This document shows positions 24,007 through 37,334 of a stretch of DNA of 64,000 bases, one piece after another. Source of the DNA: Lama guanicoe (Eukaryota); contig MU054212.1 in the NCBI GenBank assembly GCA_013239625.1, positions 7,476,270 to 7,540,269 on the forward strand, in the 5' to 3' direction. A program made the translations under genes and the position numbers. Positions within the stretch are counted from its first letter, which is position 1; each line of letters begins with the position of its first letter. The notes beneath the pieces were generated by a model. It searched no databases and was not told where the DNA came from. It saw only the letters and a program-made list of their open reading frames with translations.

Positions 24007-24290
24007 CTTGCTTCCATTTTCTCTTGCTTCTCGTTCCATCTTGAGGTCAGAAATCAGAAGATTCTTATATTTGCTTTTCCCATTACTGCTGTGGTCATCT
24101 ATTCTGTATTCCGATGTCAGCTGTGCTGAGAGGGGACTGTCACTCAGGTTCAGTGGCTGCTCGTCCTGCTCCAGCCCAGTTTTGCCATCACCGTTCGAGT
24201 CTCCCATCTCCCTGCCGTGTGTTCCCCCTGAAGCAATGGAACTGTGGCCCAGAGGCTCATTGCCATTAAAGCTCTCTGCAGCGGAATCAT
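24007..24290 (-). CDS. NOL4: NOL4 (nucleolar protein 4) internal coding exon, 284 nt, phase 1 in / phase 0 out
   Basis: The minus strand reads ttttctttccgacag|AT GAT TCC GCT GCA GAG AGC TTT AAT GGC ... GGA AGC AAG|gtaagg. The translation (D)DSAAESFNGNEPLGHSSIASGGTHGREMGDSNGDGKTGLEQDEQPLNLSDSPLSAQLTSEYRIDDHSSNGKSKYKNLLISDLKMEREARENGSK closely matches mammalian NOL4 as I recall it. The AG acceptor (24291-24292) and GT donor (24005-24006) are canonical. Confidence 0.95.
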
Positions 24291-24310
24291 CTGTCGGAAA
24301 GAAAATTTTG
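24291..24310 (-). promoter_or_regulatory. NOL4: 3' splice acceptor with short polypyrimidine tract
   Basis: The minus strand reads aaaattttctttccgacag, followed by the exon. Confidence 0.88.
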
Positions 24311-24659
24311 TATTTGGATTGTAGTTGATATGCTCTTCAGTTTCTGCTTCAATTAGCTTATGCTGAGCTCCTCTCGTGTGCTTGGCACTGGGCTAATTTG
24401 TGGATAATATGTAGTTTATCTTTAGCAATAAACTTGTGAGGTAGCCACTACTATTTTTACTCTGGTAGGCATATTTAGGCCCAAGCATTGAAGGAAAATA
24501 ATTAGAAGATAAAATAAGGAGAAGATAAAATAAAGAAAATGGTTCAATCTCAAATGTAATCTCAAAGAAGGGTAAATTTTAAAAAACAGAAGAAGATAAT
24601 TGCCAACTATTTTGCAAATAGTTTTTGTTTTCTAAGTGAGACTAACCCAACTGGGTGAA

Positions 24660-25250
24660 AATTCTCTCACGAGAGCATCTTCCATCCCGCTGGTGGGGTA
24701 TATACTGGTATGAGCTTTATGGGCATTTAACATGCATCTAAAACATTTAAAGTGTTAGGAAACTTTGCTCATGTCATTCCTAAGACTTTTAAGCCTAAGG
24801 AGTTTAATCACTGCATGCAACTCCGTGCAGGGAAAAAGACAGTTAAGCCAGTGTTTATAATACAAAACGTAGAAATGGTATAAATTATCAAAAATTTGGC
24901 TTAAGGTATGTTGGCATGTTTATAATGTTATGGAAGTAATCAATATTCCCTTTTAAAAATATGGGAAAATGTGAGTCATGAAGTACTAAACAGAAAAAGC
25001 TAGCTACCGAAGGGTGTGGTCAATCCAATCTTGATTTTGTGAAAGAAAACACAAACACAGAGGGAAAAGACAGGAGTTGTAGTCCAAAATGTTCATATTT
25101 AAATCCTCTTAATTCGTGGCAGTGGATTTTCTAATGTTCTTTATTATCTATTAGACATATAATTTATAATGTACTATAAAATATACAATTAAATACATAT
25201 AAATTTTCTAATAATAAACATGAAATAACTGCAGAAAAAAGAGAGAAGAA
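24660..25250 (+). mobile_element. Old L1ME-type 3' fragment
   Basis: gctggtggggtatatactggta...ctttgctcatgtcattcc...cagtgtttataatac is a degraded L1 ORF2 end and UTR. Confidence 0.45.
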
Positions 25251-25644
25251 GCAGAATTAAGAAAATTTACATAATAACCGTATTTAGAAGAAAATATATC
25301 AATGACAATTTACTGACAGTAAGAAACACAGTTATCTAAATAATAAAATCCTCTTAATTTCATCTTTATAATTAGGATAAGAATTTGCTATTAATTTTAA
25401 AGAATTATGATGGACAAAGGTGTCAAATCATTTCCTTTAGGGCAGGGCTACAGATGAAACCACCTAAATATTAATGAGCAAGAGTAATAATACTCAGTGA
25501 TTTCTTTTGTGAATTTTGTGTCTGATTCCTGATATTCTCAAGTATGCTTTCCTTTTGTAGGGTGCAGTGAAATATCCGATGCCTTCTAATCAATTAAATT
25601 CATGGGAATCATGTCTACGTTCCAAAGGAGGAATATAACTCAGC

Positions 25645-26362
25645 CTCATTCACATTCAACAAACGTTTACTGAGTGCCTATCCTTGGCCAAAAAGGGGTT
25701 AAATATTTGGCCAGGAGAGATCCTGGAGGTTTGGTGAATTCACAGATAATTAAAAGAGAAAAATAAGCATGCAACTAAGATACAGAGCAAGTAAGGAACA
25801 AGGGATAAAGACATCATAGAAGGTTTTCTAAAGACGTGGCACAGGGACTGAATTCCAAAGGAGAAGTGAGCCTTAACCAGGTGAAGAAGTTGAAGAGAAG
25901 TGTTCCCTGCCCAGAGATCAGCAGGTGCAAAGTGACAGGGAAAGAACACGCAGGGCACATAAGACTAGAGAATAGAGAGCAGGGCGAGAGACAGAAGAAA
26001 GAGAAACCTCGAAAAGGAAGAAGAGAAAGGACTGGGAAGAATTTTGTGTATCAAAGAGCTTGGATTTTACCTTGAGAGCAAAGAGAAGTAATTTTAATTT
26101 ATTGTGGGAAGGGATGTGAAAAAAATATGTTTTAGAGAGATTACTCTGTCTTTGATGAGAACAGTATGAAGGAAACAAAACGGAAGCTGGCGAGACCAGT
26201 GAAGAGATCTAGAAATCACCTAAGGCAGCATTATTGAAAGTCAAACTAAAACAGCAGCAGTGCAGAATAAGAGGGGAAGACTAGAAAAATCTTAAGAGTA
26301 GGAAAGCTAAGATGGATAATAAACAGACAAGGGTCCAGGATAAAGCCCAGGTTTCTTGCTCC
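25645..26362 (-). mobile_element. L2 fragment
   Basis: It starts cattcacattcaacaaacgtttactgagtgccta (L2 tail) and includes gagcttggattttacctt...ggaagctggcgagaccagtgaagag...caaggg.ccaggataaagcccaggtttct. Confidence 0.75.
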
Positions 26363-26364
26363 AG

Positions 26365-26440
26365 TGAAGGAAGGAAGGAAGGAAGGAAGGAAGGAAGGAA
26401 GGGAGAAAGAAAGAGAGAAAGAAAGAGAGAAAGAAAGAAA
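26365..26440. repeat. (GGAA)n / GA-rich microsatellite
   Basis: gaaggaaggaagg... followed by agaaagaaagag repeats. Confidence 0.95.
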
Positions 26441-27609
26441 ACAAAGGGCATTGAGTTTAATTTTCAGCAAGACAGTGTTGTTAAACAATTTTCTAAAACT
26501 GTTTTGTGAGCAAGTTAAAATATGTTCACAGGGCAAGATTCTACTTTTCAATTACTCTTTTTATGTACCCATTCAAAAAGACCTCATGGGGAGAGAAACT
26601 AAGAGAATTTAGGAAACTGGTAGTAAAAGTAATAATAACATGACACTTTCCATAGCTGTTCATTTCAGAATTCAAAATTACTCTCAATGAGAATGATTTG
26701 TATAAGTAATTTTCAATTTTTATGGACATTCTTCTATGCTAAATTATAGCATGGTTACACTAATGTATGAAAAGTCATTTCTCATTTAAGTTCTTTCTAA
26801 GAAAGTCCAAAGAAGAGCATAATGGGCATATTCAAGTCAAATTATTTAGTTTATGAAGAAAACTGTGATTTTACATTTATGTACTAGAGTCCTTTAAAAA
26901 CTAATAAAAATTTCTTATAAGAAATTGTTATCAACATGCTAGAAAAATGCATAATCCTATAGATACATTTTAAAACTCAATTTACATTAGCATAAAACAA
27001 ATCCAATATCTATTACATTTAAAAATTAAATGTGCTAGATCTGTTTCTTTAATCTGATACCATTTGTTTATTTTTTAGGTAAGATAAACATTATCATTCA
27101 TCAGGAACGTCTTTAGTAAGAGTCATGTGTTTATAATTTTGGTATAAAGCATAAACCATAAAGGAGAAAATATTTTTAGACAGAGTGGTTCACTCCAGAT
27201 GTTACCAAGGTAACTAAATTCAACAGCTTTACATATTTCACTCCTGAGTAAATCAGTATGTTTCATGAAGAACAAATTAATGATTTACTCATTTGTATCA
27301 AATACATATTCACATATTTCTATCTCGTAAATGGTAAAAGAACCAAAAATCCCTCGTGCTGTTGTATAAATCAAAATTTAAAACAAAGTTTTTGACGTCC
27401 ACACTAGAAAAATTTAATGTAAAGAGGTGAGCAGACATTAAACTGAGGATATGTTAGCCATTTTTATTGTCTAGTTTCGTGTAGCCACATTAATGGTTTT
27501 TATTCTCTCTTCCTTATAAGGTATTTTTTCAGAATTAAAACCCACAAATCTCAGATTCCTGCTTACTGTTAACATTCACATCAGCTTATCGCTTGAAAGG
27601 GGAAAACTG

Positions 27610-28105
27610 CTTCCTTACCCCACATAGTTTGCTCCATCCTGAGTGGCTGCTGGCGTGTGGGTACCGGGCTGCCACACAGAGAGTGTAGTGTTTACATCTG
27701 TACGTGTGGCCTTTAAGTTCACGGGCCCCGAATGATGGTGCTTCTCTCCAGTTTCAGCCCGGGTACCAGAGCACTGGAAGCAAAAACTCTGTATCTGAGT
27801 CCCAAGGCAAAACAGCACCTGGAGCTTTGGAAATTAAGACTGCCCAGGGTGCCTAGCAACAGGGAGAATGTGGAACTGGATGACAGGTAGTGTGGAATCT
27901 AGTGACATCAGGAGGGCAGCGGGCTATGTGGCCTGTGTTTGGGCTGAGGGTCGGGCTGGGCTGATGGGATGAACTTAGTGCTGTGGAGAGGGTCGTCCGA
28001 GTGAGCTTGGCTGTGGTTCTTGTCTGCAACACTCAGCATGAGCTATCTATTTTCTCCTTTCGCCTTCCCTACCCTCCGTTCCCTCCGCCAATCAGTCCAG
28101 ACCCT
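27610..28105. mobile_element. Probable old LTR element (family not resolved)
   Basis: A ~500-bp GC-rich block sharply set in AT-rich flanks, with the look of an ancient ERV LTR. I recalled no diagnostic consensus for it. Confidence 0.35.
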
Positions 28106-28227
28106 AGAAATACTATTTGTTTAAATTATTGCTAACATGCCTACCAGCATTTTGTGTGAAATAGTTTCATCAGCACCAGAGTCAATGGTTAGTTTTCCCT
28201 ATACAAAGAGAATTCACCTGTAACAGT

Positions 28228-28395
28228 TATGTATGGTCTATGTGTGAATATATTTAAGTATATCTGTATCTCTATATATGAATATCAATCTTCATATACA
28301 TACATATATATGGATATCTACCTCTCTATACATATACACATACATATGAGTATGGATATCTATCCTTCCATATATAAACATAAGTGATATATATT
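28228..28395. repeat. Degenerate (TA/CA)n low-complexity repeat
   Basis: tatacatacatatatatggatatctac...tatggatatctatc, with a loose ~42-bp repetition. Confidence 0.75.
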
Positions 28396-30640
28396 TGAAA
28401 TCTCCCAAAGCACCTGACCTACTTTCTAATGTACTTTCAGTACCTCTTCATTATGGCCCTGGGGCCAGTGCCTTGGGCCAAGTGAATAGGAAAAACAATA
28501 CCTATCATCCTCATTTTAAGATTAATACTTGGAAATTTAGTCCTAAAATGCAGGTCAGATGCTTATAGGGGCCAAAAAACTTTTTACTGTTTTCCCCAAA
28601 ATGCAACACAGTCCTCCACCTCTAGTCCTTTGATGCCTCCTTAGAAAACTTCCCTTTTATCTTACATCAGAAAACTAACTTTTAAATCCAAAATATAGAT
28701 GGTAAATAGCCTTGCTCCAAAAGATGAGTACCTTAGTATCCACAAAAGTGGAAAAAATTGTTTTAAATCCTTCTAAATCTATTTGCAAAATAGAGCTGCG
28801 GTACAAATCCCTTTATCACTCCTGCTCTCTGCTCTCCATCTTCTCCCAGCTCTAGGATTCCCTATTTTTCAAAAAAATAAAAAATAAAAAAAGGAAGTTT
28901 ATCCACTGTTAGACTGTACATCATGGCTCCCTCTACTCTAAAACATGAAGCGTGCAACCTTGTCTGAACAGATCCTTTGCAGCTCTCCCCTGCCCTCTTC
29001 CTGCCAGCTCAGCTCTCTGACTCGCTCCTGCCTTTACCCCCATCCTTCTGCCCATTGTATTTGCCACCTAGAAATTTCTTCATTTCTCTTACTTCCCTTC
29101 CTCAAATCCTTCTGATGACCTTCCCATTTAAAAAATTCCTATTTTACGTATCCTCTGCAATACAGGTTTTAAAACTGAATTATACAGCCCTGCTCTGTGT
29201 TTCATCTTCTGTTTCCTTATCTGCAAAAATTTCAACGGCTGCTGACCAAAGTCCTGCACTTTCAAGTCCTCAGCAACACAAACCCTTAAAAAAAGAGAAT
29301 CAAAAATGCAATCTTTTTTTTTGTTGTTGTATTTGTAAAACATAACCCAGGTTATATTCTATTCATTAGGGCTCAATTAAACTCACACAAAAGAATAAAT
29401 GCTACATTTTGCAAAATATTCAGACTCAGGAGAAGTTTACTGATGTCAATAAATACATACGTGTATTACGTGTGCATGTATGACTACTGTTGAAAGGTTA
29501 AAGGGCACTCATTTTGAAGCTGAACAAATTGATATTGGGAGTAACAAGGGGATTCAGTTTTCTAGTAAATTAGTTCTACAGAAGGGTGTTTTCCTTGTTG
29601 GGGAGCTCCTAATTCAGCCCTGCCCATTGGAAGAATGGGCTCCAATTAAAGGCACTGAGATAAGCTGTCTGTTCCGAAGCTCAGCACGATAATTAAATAA
29701 AACTCATTCTGAGCTTTCATTGAGGAGCTGATGTATTTTTTTAAATATAATTTTGTTTAAAAATCTTAACCAAATACCTATCGTGTGCTAGATACTCTTC
29801 TTGGCACTGTGAGTCCATAGAAACTCCATATGGAACTTGTTCTTAACTTAGACACTAAAAAAAGAATGACAATGCAGCGGAGAAGACAGTCTCCCATGTG
29901 AGTTTCACACAAGGCACGATGAATAAACAAGGTTCTTCAGAGAGAGGGAAGTCACCCGCACATCACAGGGGATGAGAACGGAATCAGGGAGGGCATGCTG
30001 TAAGAGGTGAGATTTCTGTAGATGTATGATGGTGATGCTGGAGGTTACTCTGGTTCAGAGAGTGTACAGAAAAAGAGACCAAGGCAAGAAAGAACTGGAA
30101 GAGGACAAGGAACTGAATACATCCTACATCCTTCATTTCAGACAGGGAACTGTATGTTTTAGAAAGTTGTGGATATTGTACAGCGGATTCCTTTTCCTGG
30201 ATCACATAAACTCATTGACGGTGCTCCCAGGATAGGTACTTGGAGAAGCCCATTGACTATGTGACTCTAGTTCTGTGGAAAGTCTGTCTGTGTTCCTGCC
30301 TCAGAGCCACTGTCGACTGACTGATAATAAAACACTCTCTCAATTCCAAGACAACCCATTTTTTAAAATGGCCACTAATATAGTAACAGCAGTGGCTTCT
30401 TAATTGTCTGAATAACTAATAAACCACAATTTTCATGCTTACCCACTAGTTGTTTAGGGTTTCAAAGAACTAGACATTTTATGGAAAATGATATGTATAA
30501 ACATTTTTGATAATTACAATGTGATTTGAAAACATCTCTTCTTTTGCTGATGAAGTTACAGTTACTGTGAATACTGTTTTACTGACAACATTCATAATAT
30601 AATAAAGTGTTAAATTTCAATTAGAGCTAAGTGAAAATTG

Positions 30641-30691
30641 TATATACAGATATATACATAAGTATACATATATACATGTATATATATATAT
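30641..30691. repeat. (TA)n-rich simple repeat
   Basis: tatatacagatatatacataagtatacatatatacatgtatatatatatat. Confidence 0.8.
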
Positions 30692-33457
30692 CCTCAGCTT
30701 AGTGTTCTACACTAAGTTGACAGCATTTATATAAATTAATTGACAAATAAGGCAAACAACGTCACAGACAGCATAATTCACTAATGTAACTGTATAAGGC
30801 ATCCATGTAGTATTTGCAACTCACTAAAGAAGCTATTTACTGCTCCAACTTAAAACTAAAACAATTAATAATATGGATTTTTCTATGTCCTATCTCCTAC
30901 AGCAAGCACTATATACAATGAAAGTCTCATTAAATTTAAAGTGCATCTAAGATAATCATTATACAGCAGTTCAGTCTACCAAATAAAACATAATTCTCAA
31001 TTTTTAGGTGGTGCATTTTTTTTTCAGTTGACACATTTAACAAATTTCTAGGCAATTTTCAAAAAAAGAAGCCTGCCAAATATTCTCTCCCTTGATCAAA
31101 ACTAATAAACAAGAGCCAGTGTGGTCCCACTTTTTAAAAGACTCATAAAAGGATATGATTTTTCCCAAAGAGCTTATCTAAATGTGTACTGAAGACCTGA
31201 AGGTGTTATCTGTGGGAGAAGCATCATTTTGGTTACCTTGATGAACAAACTTCTAGGCAAGAAGGTCTTTACCAAGGTCAAGAACATGTTTGCAAACTCA
31301 AGAAACTTTACTCTGCCCGTAAAGAAGGTACAGGGTATCATTCTAGGAAAAATTGTCAAAATCTTCCAAGTTTGTTCTCAAGGTCCCTCGTGTTCTTTTT
31401 CCCATTTTCATGGTAAATTCTCCAGCTATTTGTGTGCACACCGGCTCTCTGTAAGTCATTTTACTGAGAAATAGATTGATGGATTGATTGATGGAAATTC
31501 CCCCACAGGAAAAAAAAAATGCTACTTCAGCTAGGCACTTGTAATTTAAACCTTTTATCTCTAATTGTGGAATGAAAGCCTTTTTCTCTTGGTATTTTCA
31601 GCCATTAGCAAGCAGGTGAAGAAGTGTATTGTGTTTTAGGAGTGTGGGTAGGGGAAGAATTCTTGCAATCTTCTAGACCTATTTCGTTTCCAGATTTTTA
31701 GAGCAACTTAGAGATGGATGATGTTTTCTCTTATCCGTCCTGCTCTCAAAACTGCCCCTCTCCCTACTGCACTGGGGGAGCCAGGACTACTCAGCGAGGA
31801 AGTGGAAGCTCTCATGTCCAACATCCTGAGACTGCGAGAAACCTGGGTCACCAAGCACTTCCTGGACTTAAAGACAGACAAATCCTACACTAAGAATTCT
31901 GAAAGGCTCCCCAGATGCCCCTTCTTCTTATACACTAGTCATTCGCTGGTTTGCTCTCCAATCCATTCTTCCCCCTTTCTTTGCAAATCATTTTGCAGGT
32001 TGCCTTGACAATCATCTTATGACTTGGTTCAAAGCATGGGAGATACTGACAGAGATTGCGGAGCGGAAAAAGGGAGGATGTCTGGGTATCTCCACTTCCC
32101 ACCCCACGCACATACCCTCTCGGATTCAGGAGACCTCCCTGTCTCCAGCTCCAGGGGCATCTTCTCCCAGGTCCTGCCAAAAAGCATCTTGTGTGTGTCT
32201 GTCTCCCACTGTGCAGCTCTAGCTCTTGGCCTCTGGTAATGCCAACTCCCTCCCAGCTTGTCCACCTCTAGCTATAGCAGCAGCTTCCTGCTGTTATTAA
32301 TTCCTGCATCGCTTTACACATCGCAAACAGTGCGTGATACTCAATTTTTCTAATGAATGACATGGAATGGACAACATTTTCCAGATTGGATAGCAACTGA
32401 TACAATTCTCCTTCCTTTGGCCTCAAGACGTCTGTTTTCTAGTTCCTGTGATGTTATTATAGTCAATATTTTGTGATTTTTTTTCCTTCTTAATATCAAT
32501 TCATTATTTGATATCCAAGAGATTTTCATTATTCTTCCTTTACTATTTCTACCTTTTGGGGTTGAAATCCATCACTGTCAGTAACAGTAGTATTAATGAA
32601 CTTATTGACCATCTTGACGGATTCGAAGTCATTAAGAGATTTGGTGGCAATTATAAAACATTATCATTTAGACACTTGTCAAAGTATTGGTATCTTTCTA
32701 ACAAAGATTAAATTATTCTGGTTTATTTAAATAAAACTATTCATCTGAATAATACCAATTGCTTCAAAACATTAAACATCTTAATTATACAAATCATTTT
32801 GGTAATTATTACCTTTACAATAATCAAAAGAGACCTGGGCATAAATTAAGATGATCAATTCTATTTTAAAGAATTTGATAAAGATAAAGAACTTACTCAA
32901 GTCACCTTGACAGTGATAAACATCGGATTAGAAACTGGTTTCCTAACTCTAGACCAAATTTCTATCTAAATTGTACCACAACACCTCAGCAGGAAGTACG
33001 TCTTTAGGTATCATGGGGAGAAGACCCTGGTAAAAACAGATGGTACATTATGGTGGGGGAGAGAAAAGAGTTAACTTTTGATTTAGGAGACTCTCTGAAA
33101 TTGAAAGGTGTCATCTGAGGTTACCCATTTTGCGGTACTTTGCAAAATCAGGAATCACAGTGAATAGCCTGCTACCCCTCCCCCTCACTTAACAAAGACC
33201 TTCTGCTTATCCTGCGTGCAATTAGCATAAACTGAACAACCAGGACGTTTTCATAAATGTAGATGAACTTTCAATATCACCACGACTATGAGTACAAGCT
33301 GATCCATTACAAGAGATTTATAACCAAAGACAACTCTAGTTGACATTCAGGGCTGAAGGATATCAAATGATATCATTTTAGAAAAGTAGAAAAAAGCAAA
33401 TAAATGCTCCAAGTATATAAGATCAAAGAAAATCAATATTAAGATCAGTATTTAAAG

Positions 33458-33632
33458 GATATAGATCCCTGTGCTATACAACAGGTATATTCAATTTCTT
33501 GTAATAACATATAATGGAACAGAAGCTGAAAAAAATACAGGTATGTATATGTATAACTGAATTGCTTTGCTGTACGCCTGAAACTAACCTTGTAAATCAA
33601 CTACACTGAGTAAAACACAAAATTTTTAAAAA
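33458..33632 (+). mobile_element. L1 3' end of artiodactyl/laurasiatherian type (L1_Art-like)
   Basis: tattcaatttcttgtaataacatataatggaacagaagctgaaaaaa...gtatatgtataactgaattgctttgctgtacgcctgaaactaac..ttgtaaatcaactacact. Confidence 0.85.
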
Positions 33633-33711
33633 ATAATACAGTGTATACAACGTGAAAGTCCTCTTGTTGAAGGAGAACAGGAACATATTTGCTACTTTTC
33701 ATTTAAAAAAT

Positions 33712-33878
33712 GACTTTTATCTCATCAGAAGAAAAATGAAATTTGTAACTATGTGTGGTGATGGATATTAACCAGATTTATTGTGGTTATCATTTCACAA
33801 CTGAGACATCCATCAAATCATTATATTGTATACTTGAACTAATATAAAGTTGCATGCCAATTTAACTCAGTTTTAAAG
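33712..33878 (+). mobile_element. L1MA9-like 3' end fragment
   Basis: ttgtaactatgtgtggtgatggatattaac...ttattgtggttatcatttcaca...atcattatattgtatacttgaactaatata. Confidence 0.8.
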
Positions 33879-34798
33879 GAGTTAACCTCAGACCAGAGTT
33901 AAGATCTATGCAGAGCCAGGCGCCTGCAGCCACCTCAGCAGGATCAAGCTCTGACACCACTGCTATCTCCAACCCTTCTCTCCCATCACTGCACACCACC
34001 AGAGTCCGGGTGAGGGACAGACAAGGGCCAGTGGTCACACTCATGGGAGAGGGTTTGAAACCTGGATGACCACAGATGCTTCACTGCTATGAATGAGTAC
34101 TCAGCAAGTACACAGGTGTCACACACTACCAGGTGCCAGGTTGAAAAGGACTGCAAGTTCGAAAGGAATGTAGAGAAGGGGAGAAAGACCGACCTGCCCA
34201 ACTCCAAAATAAAGTTTCCCGCAAAGGTAGCAAACACTGTGCTTGCAGTGTAGAGCGCAAATTGTTTAAGTCAAGTACTTTTTACAATCAAATGCTCAAC
34301 TTTAATAATAGCAGAATCCCAGAGCACTCATCATGAGCCCACAAAGCATTCAGATGTTTACCACCACCCAGGAATAAAACGGCGAGCACGGTGAGACATG
34401 TTTAACAGGAGAAATAATACTTGCGTTGGCTGTATTAACCACAGGACCTTAATAAATAGTACAGATAGAGGAGTCAGTGCCACGCTTTACATTTCTATTT
34501 CACATTCAAACTCAATTGTTCTTGAGTCAGTTTAAAAATTTAATTCTGTCAATCCTGAGTTAAATAACCAGAGGTTCATCCTAGTACTGATTTGGGGGAA
34601 AAGGAGCACCATGGTTCAAGGGAACCACGAAAGCCCCCAAAGCATTGAGTTCGAAACCGAGCAAGCTTGTTGAAGTTGCTCAGGGACTGATTCTAACTGA
34701 GCAGCGAGGGCAACGTCAGGGCACATCCTGCCCTAAATTCTCCTCTAGAACTCAGGCTCTCTCAGACCCATCCCCACCAATGTCCAGGGAACACTATT

Positions 34799-35383
34799 TG
34801 AAACAAAGTCAACCAGTTTTAAAAACACAGAGCGTCACGTAGGTCATGCAGAAAGCAACTCTTCTGCCCCTTTCCCATTTGCCCATTTCTGTCCCCCAAT
34901 AACCTTATAAGAACCTAGTTATAGGAATGAGACCACTAAGCAATTGAAACTAACGCCTGACTTACCCTATCCTGAATGCACACCATGCCTTGTCTAACCC
35001 GTTGGTTCTTTTTTCTTGATAAAAAGAAGTAAGAATGAAGAATTAAGGAGTTAAATAATGATTAGCTCACCACCCCCAACAGCCCCCTTAGCCATCCTGC
35101 AGGCAGATCACAGGGCAAGATAACATCTGAAGAGAGAGTGAGTCAGTCTGCACGCAATGGAGAAGAATGCGGAACCCTACCTTCTGCCTTGATGATTCAC
35201 TGAGATTTCCCCCCGCCATTTTTTCCCTTTAAAAACTGTCACCGCTGAGCAAAATCTTCAGCGTTGGTCTCTAGATATGAGATTGCCAGCTTGCTAATTA
35301 AAGCACCTTTCCTTTCAACTGACACCTGCCTCTCAAATTATTGGCTTTTGAGTGGGGAGCAGCCGAACTTGAGTTCGGTAACT
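34799..35383 (+). mobile_element. ERV1 solo LTR, ~580 bp
   Basis: TATA-like ccctttaaaaa at ~35226 and ATTAAA at 35297-35302. The typical ERV1 U5 end is tctcaaattattggcttttgagtggggagcagccgaacttgagttcggtaac. The 5' boundary is approximate. Confidence 0.75.
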
Positions 35384-35549
35384 TTTTCTGTCTGGGGTGG
35401 AGCTTAACAGGTTCATCTCTCGAACCAAAAGCTAGAACCAGAGTTCCAGACCAACCTCTTGGGGCACCAATAACAGCCAGAGTCACGTGTTCCTCTCTGC
35501 TGAGGTTAACGGCTTTATTTTGGAGGACACTGCCCAGATCAGAAAAAGG

Positions 35550-35760
35550 AGGTTAATTTTCACAATCAACCTAATGTATACTTTCTAGGAACCCAGTGAA
35601 GTAAAACAGATAGGCATTATTTACCCCATTTTACCAGAGTGAAAATATTCAAGTCTGGAAAAGATCCTGTGATTCCCCAAAGGTAGCAAAGATACTGAAT
35701 GGCAGAGCGGGCACTTAGTGGCAGATGTCACGTCCAGCCCTTAGAAACCACTCTGCTACA
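35550..35760 (-). mobile_element. MIR SINE
   Basis: ataggcattattttaccccattttaccagagtgaaaa...ccccaaaggtagcaaagatactgaatggcagagcggg. Confidence 0.6.
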
Positions 35761-36954
35761 TGAGCTCTCACGGAAGGCACGCTTCAGACACAGTTTGAGT
35801 ATGAAGACAGTAAAATATAAAGAAAGCAAACTAAGGAGGAAGAGGAGGGTGGGGGGGGGAGGAGGAAGACAAGATGAAGGCGGCTTGCAACAAGCTGTGA
35901 AGCAGGGAGCCACCCCGTAGGCAGGAGAAGAGGTGTTTGGTGAAGGGCACCGAGACCAGGAATCACGGGATTAGGAAGAAATACTCCGGGAGGTGTCAGA
36001 AATTAAGTGAAATAACGTGATCATGTGATCGCTGACAGTGTTCGTGTCGAGGGTACTGAAGTTGGAGAAATAACATGCAGGGACACATCCTGTTCCTCTT
36101 GCTCTGATGCCCAAACCGACCAGATCACAAAGAGAGAGGACTGAGACCAGGCGTTTTCCCCTTGCTGTCTGCCCTGAATTCTCGAATATGTGTGGTGCAT
36201 ATTCAGCAAAGGCCTAAAGAATTAAACTGGTAATTCCAAACTACATTGATTCTGTTTTCTCAACTCTTGCTTTTTATAGTTCCAAAATGTTCCACTATAC
36301 ACTGATTTTTCACACATGTAAGTCATTTGTCCCCCAAATGTTTATGGAGAGTGTGGAACTTGCTTTCATATTTCTCTGCATAAAGTAGTATATGTAGCAA
36401 GTCACCAGGTGGAAATATAACATTTTTTTAAAAGTCAGTGGAAGAAGAGGCAACATTTTGGGTTTTGCTGATGTTTTTTATATACTGTTGCAAAAGGACT
36501 AGCAAAAAGGAATATCAGAGTAAGTTTGAGAAAAATAAAAAATGACTAAGAACTATAAAAGGATTCCCAGGCAATCAATGTTTGTTTTATAGCAGTGGCC
36601 TACAAGCTCATTTTCATTAATATCATTTCTATCACGAAAAATCTCAAATCAGAAACACAAAATCTGTCTTGGTTGATCATTAAAAAAATAATTTCTCTAA
36701 GTTTCTGTACTGATTGTATCAATTTAAACTCTTTGAATAACACCACAGTAAGAGCTCTTACAAACTGATTATTTCTAATTAGCCAAGAGCTGCTCAAAAT
36801 ACACCCCGATCCCCTCCCCCAGGCTACTATACCAACATTACATAACCATGGCCAGCGATAAAATCACCCTTTAGATGAAGTGCAGTGGATTCTGGTTTGA
36901 AAGCCCTAGTTTCTTGATTTAAGCCAGAGAGGAAGCTTTTACTGAGCTCTGAAT

Positions 36955-36955
<1 letters not shown>

Positions 36956-36999
<44 letters not shown>
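36956..36999. repeat. (GT)22 microsatellite
   Basis: An uninterrupted GT dinucleotide run. Confidence 0.97.
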
Positions 37000-37003
<4 letters not shown>

Positions 37004-37334
37004 GAGGTGGTTCCAGGGAGGTGGTTATTTTTATGTGATCCTTTCTCAGCAGCTCTCCACTCAAAGGAACCAAACGGGACAATTCATTACACTGAACGTA
37101 TCGCTTTGGTCTATGGACCTCCTCCCCACACTCCCTTCTAGAGCAAATGAACTGCCAACAACCTGTTGCCTCGGTAGCCACATGACCTCCCCAGGCCAGC
37201 ACCACCAAGGCAGGCACCTGACCAAAGGGCCATCAAATCATAAAAGGTCAAGACCACAACCAATGCAATCAAACCAGAAAGGTGAATTAAATCAAAAAGA
37301 CTCCATTTCTTGGAATCTGTGCCGACACCTTTCT

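Noticed and set aside
23908..24207. 99-aa minus-strand ORF as a stand-alone gene, or as SOX6 because of its EQPLNLS motif
   Set aside because: Its Met is internal to the NOL4 exon and its last 32 aa are intron read-through. The sequence around the motif matches NOL4, not SOX5/6.
24008..24328. 106-aa plus-strand ORF
   Set aside because: It is the antisense shadow of the NOL4 exon, starts at a non-ATG codon and resembles no protein I know.
32508..32711. ORF containing LDGFEVIKR, reminiscent of bacterial response regulators
   Set aside because: The match is only a few residues, the rest of a receiver fold is absent, the start is non-ATG and the context is AT-rich intron. It is a chance similarity.
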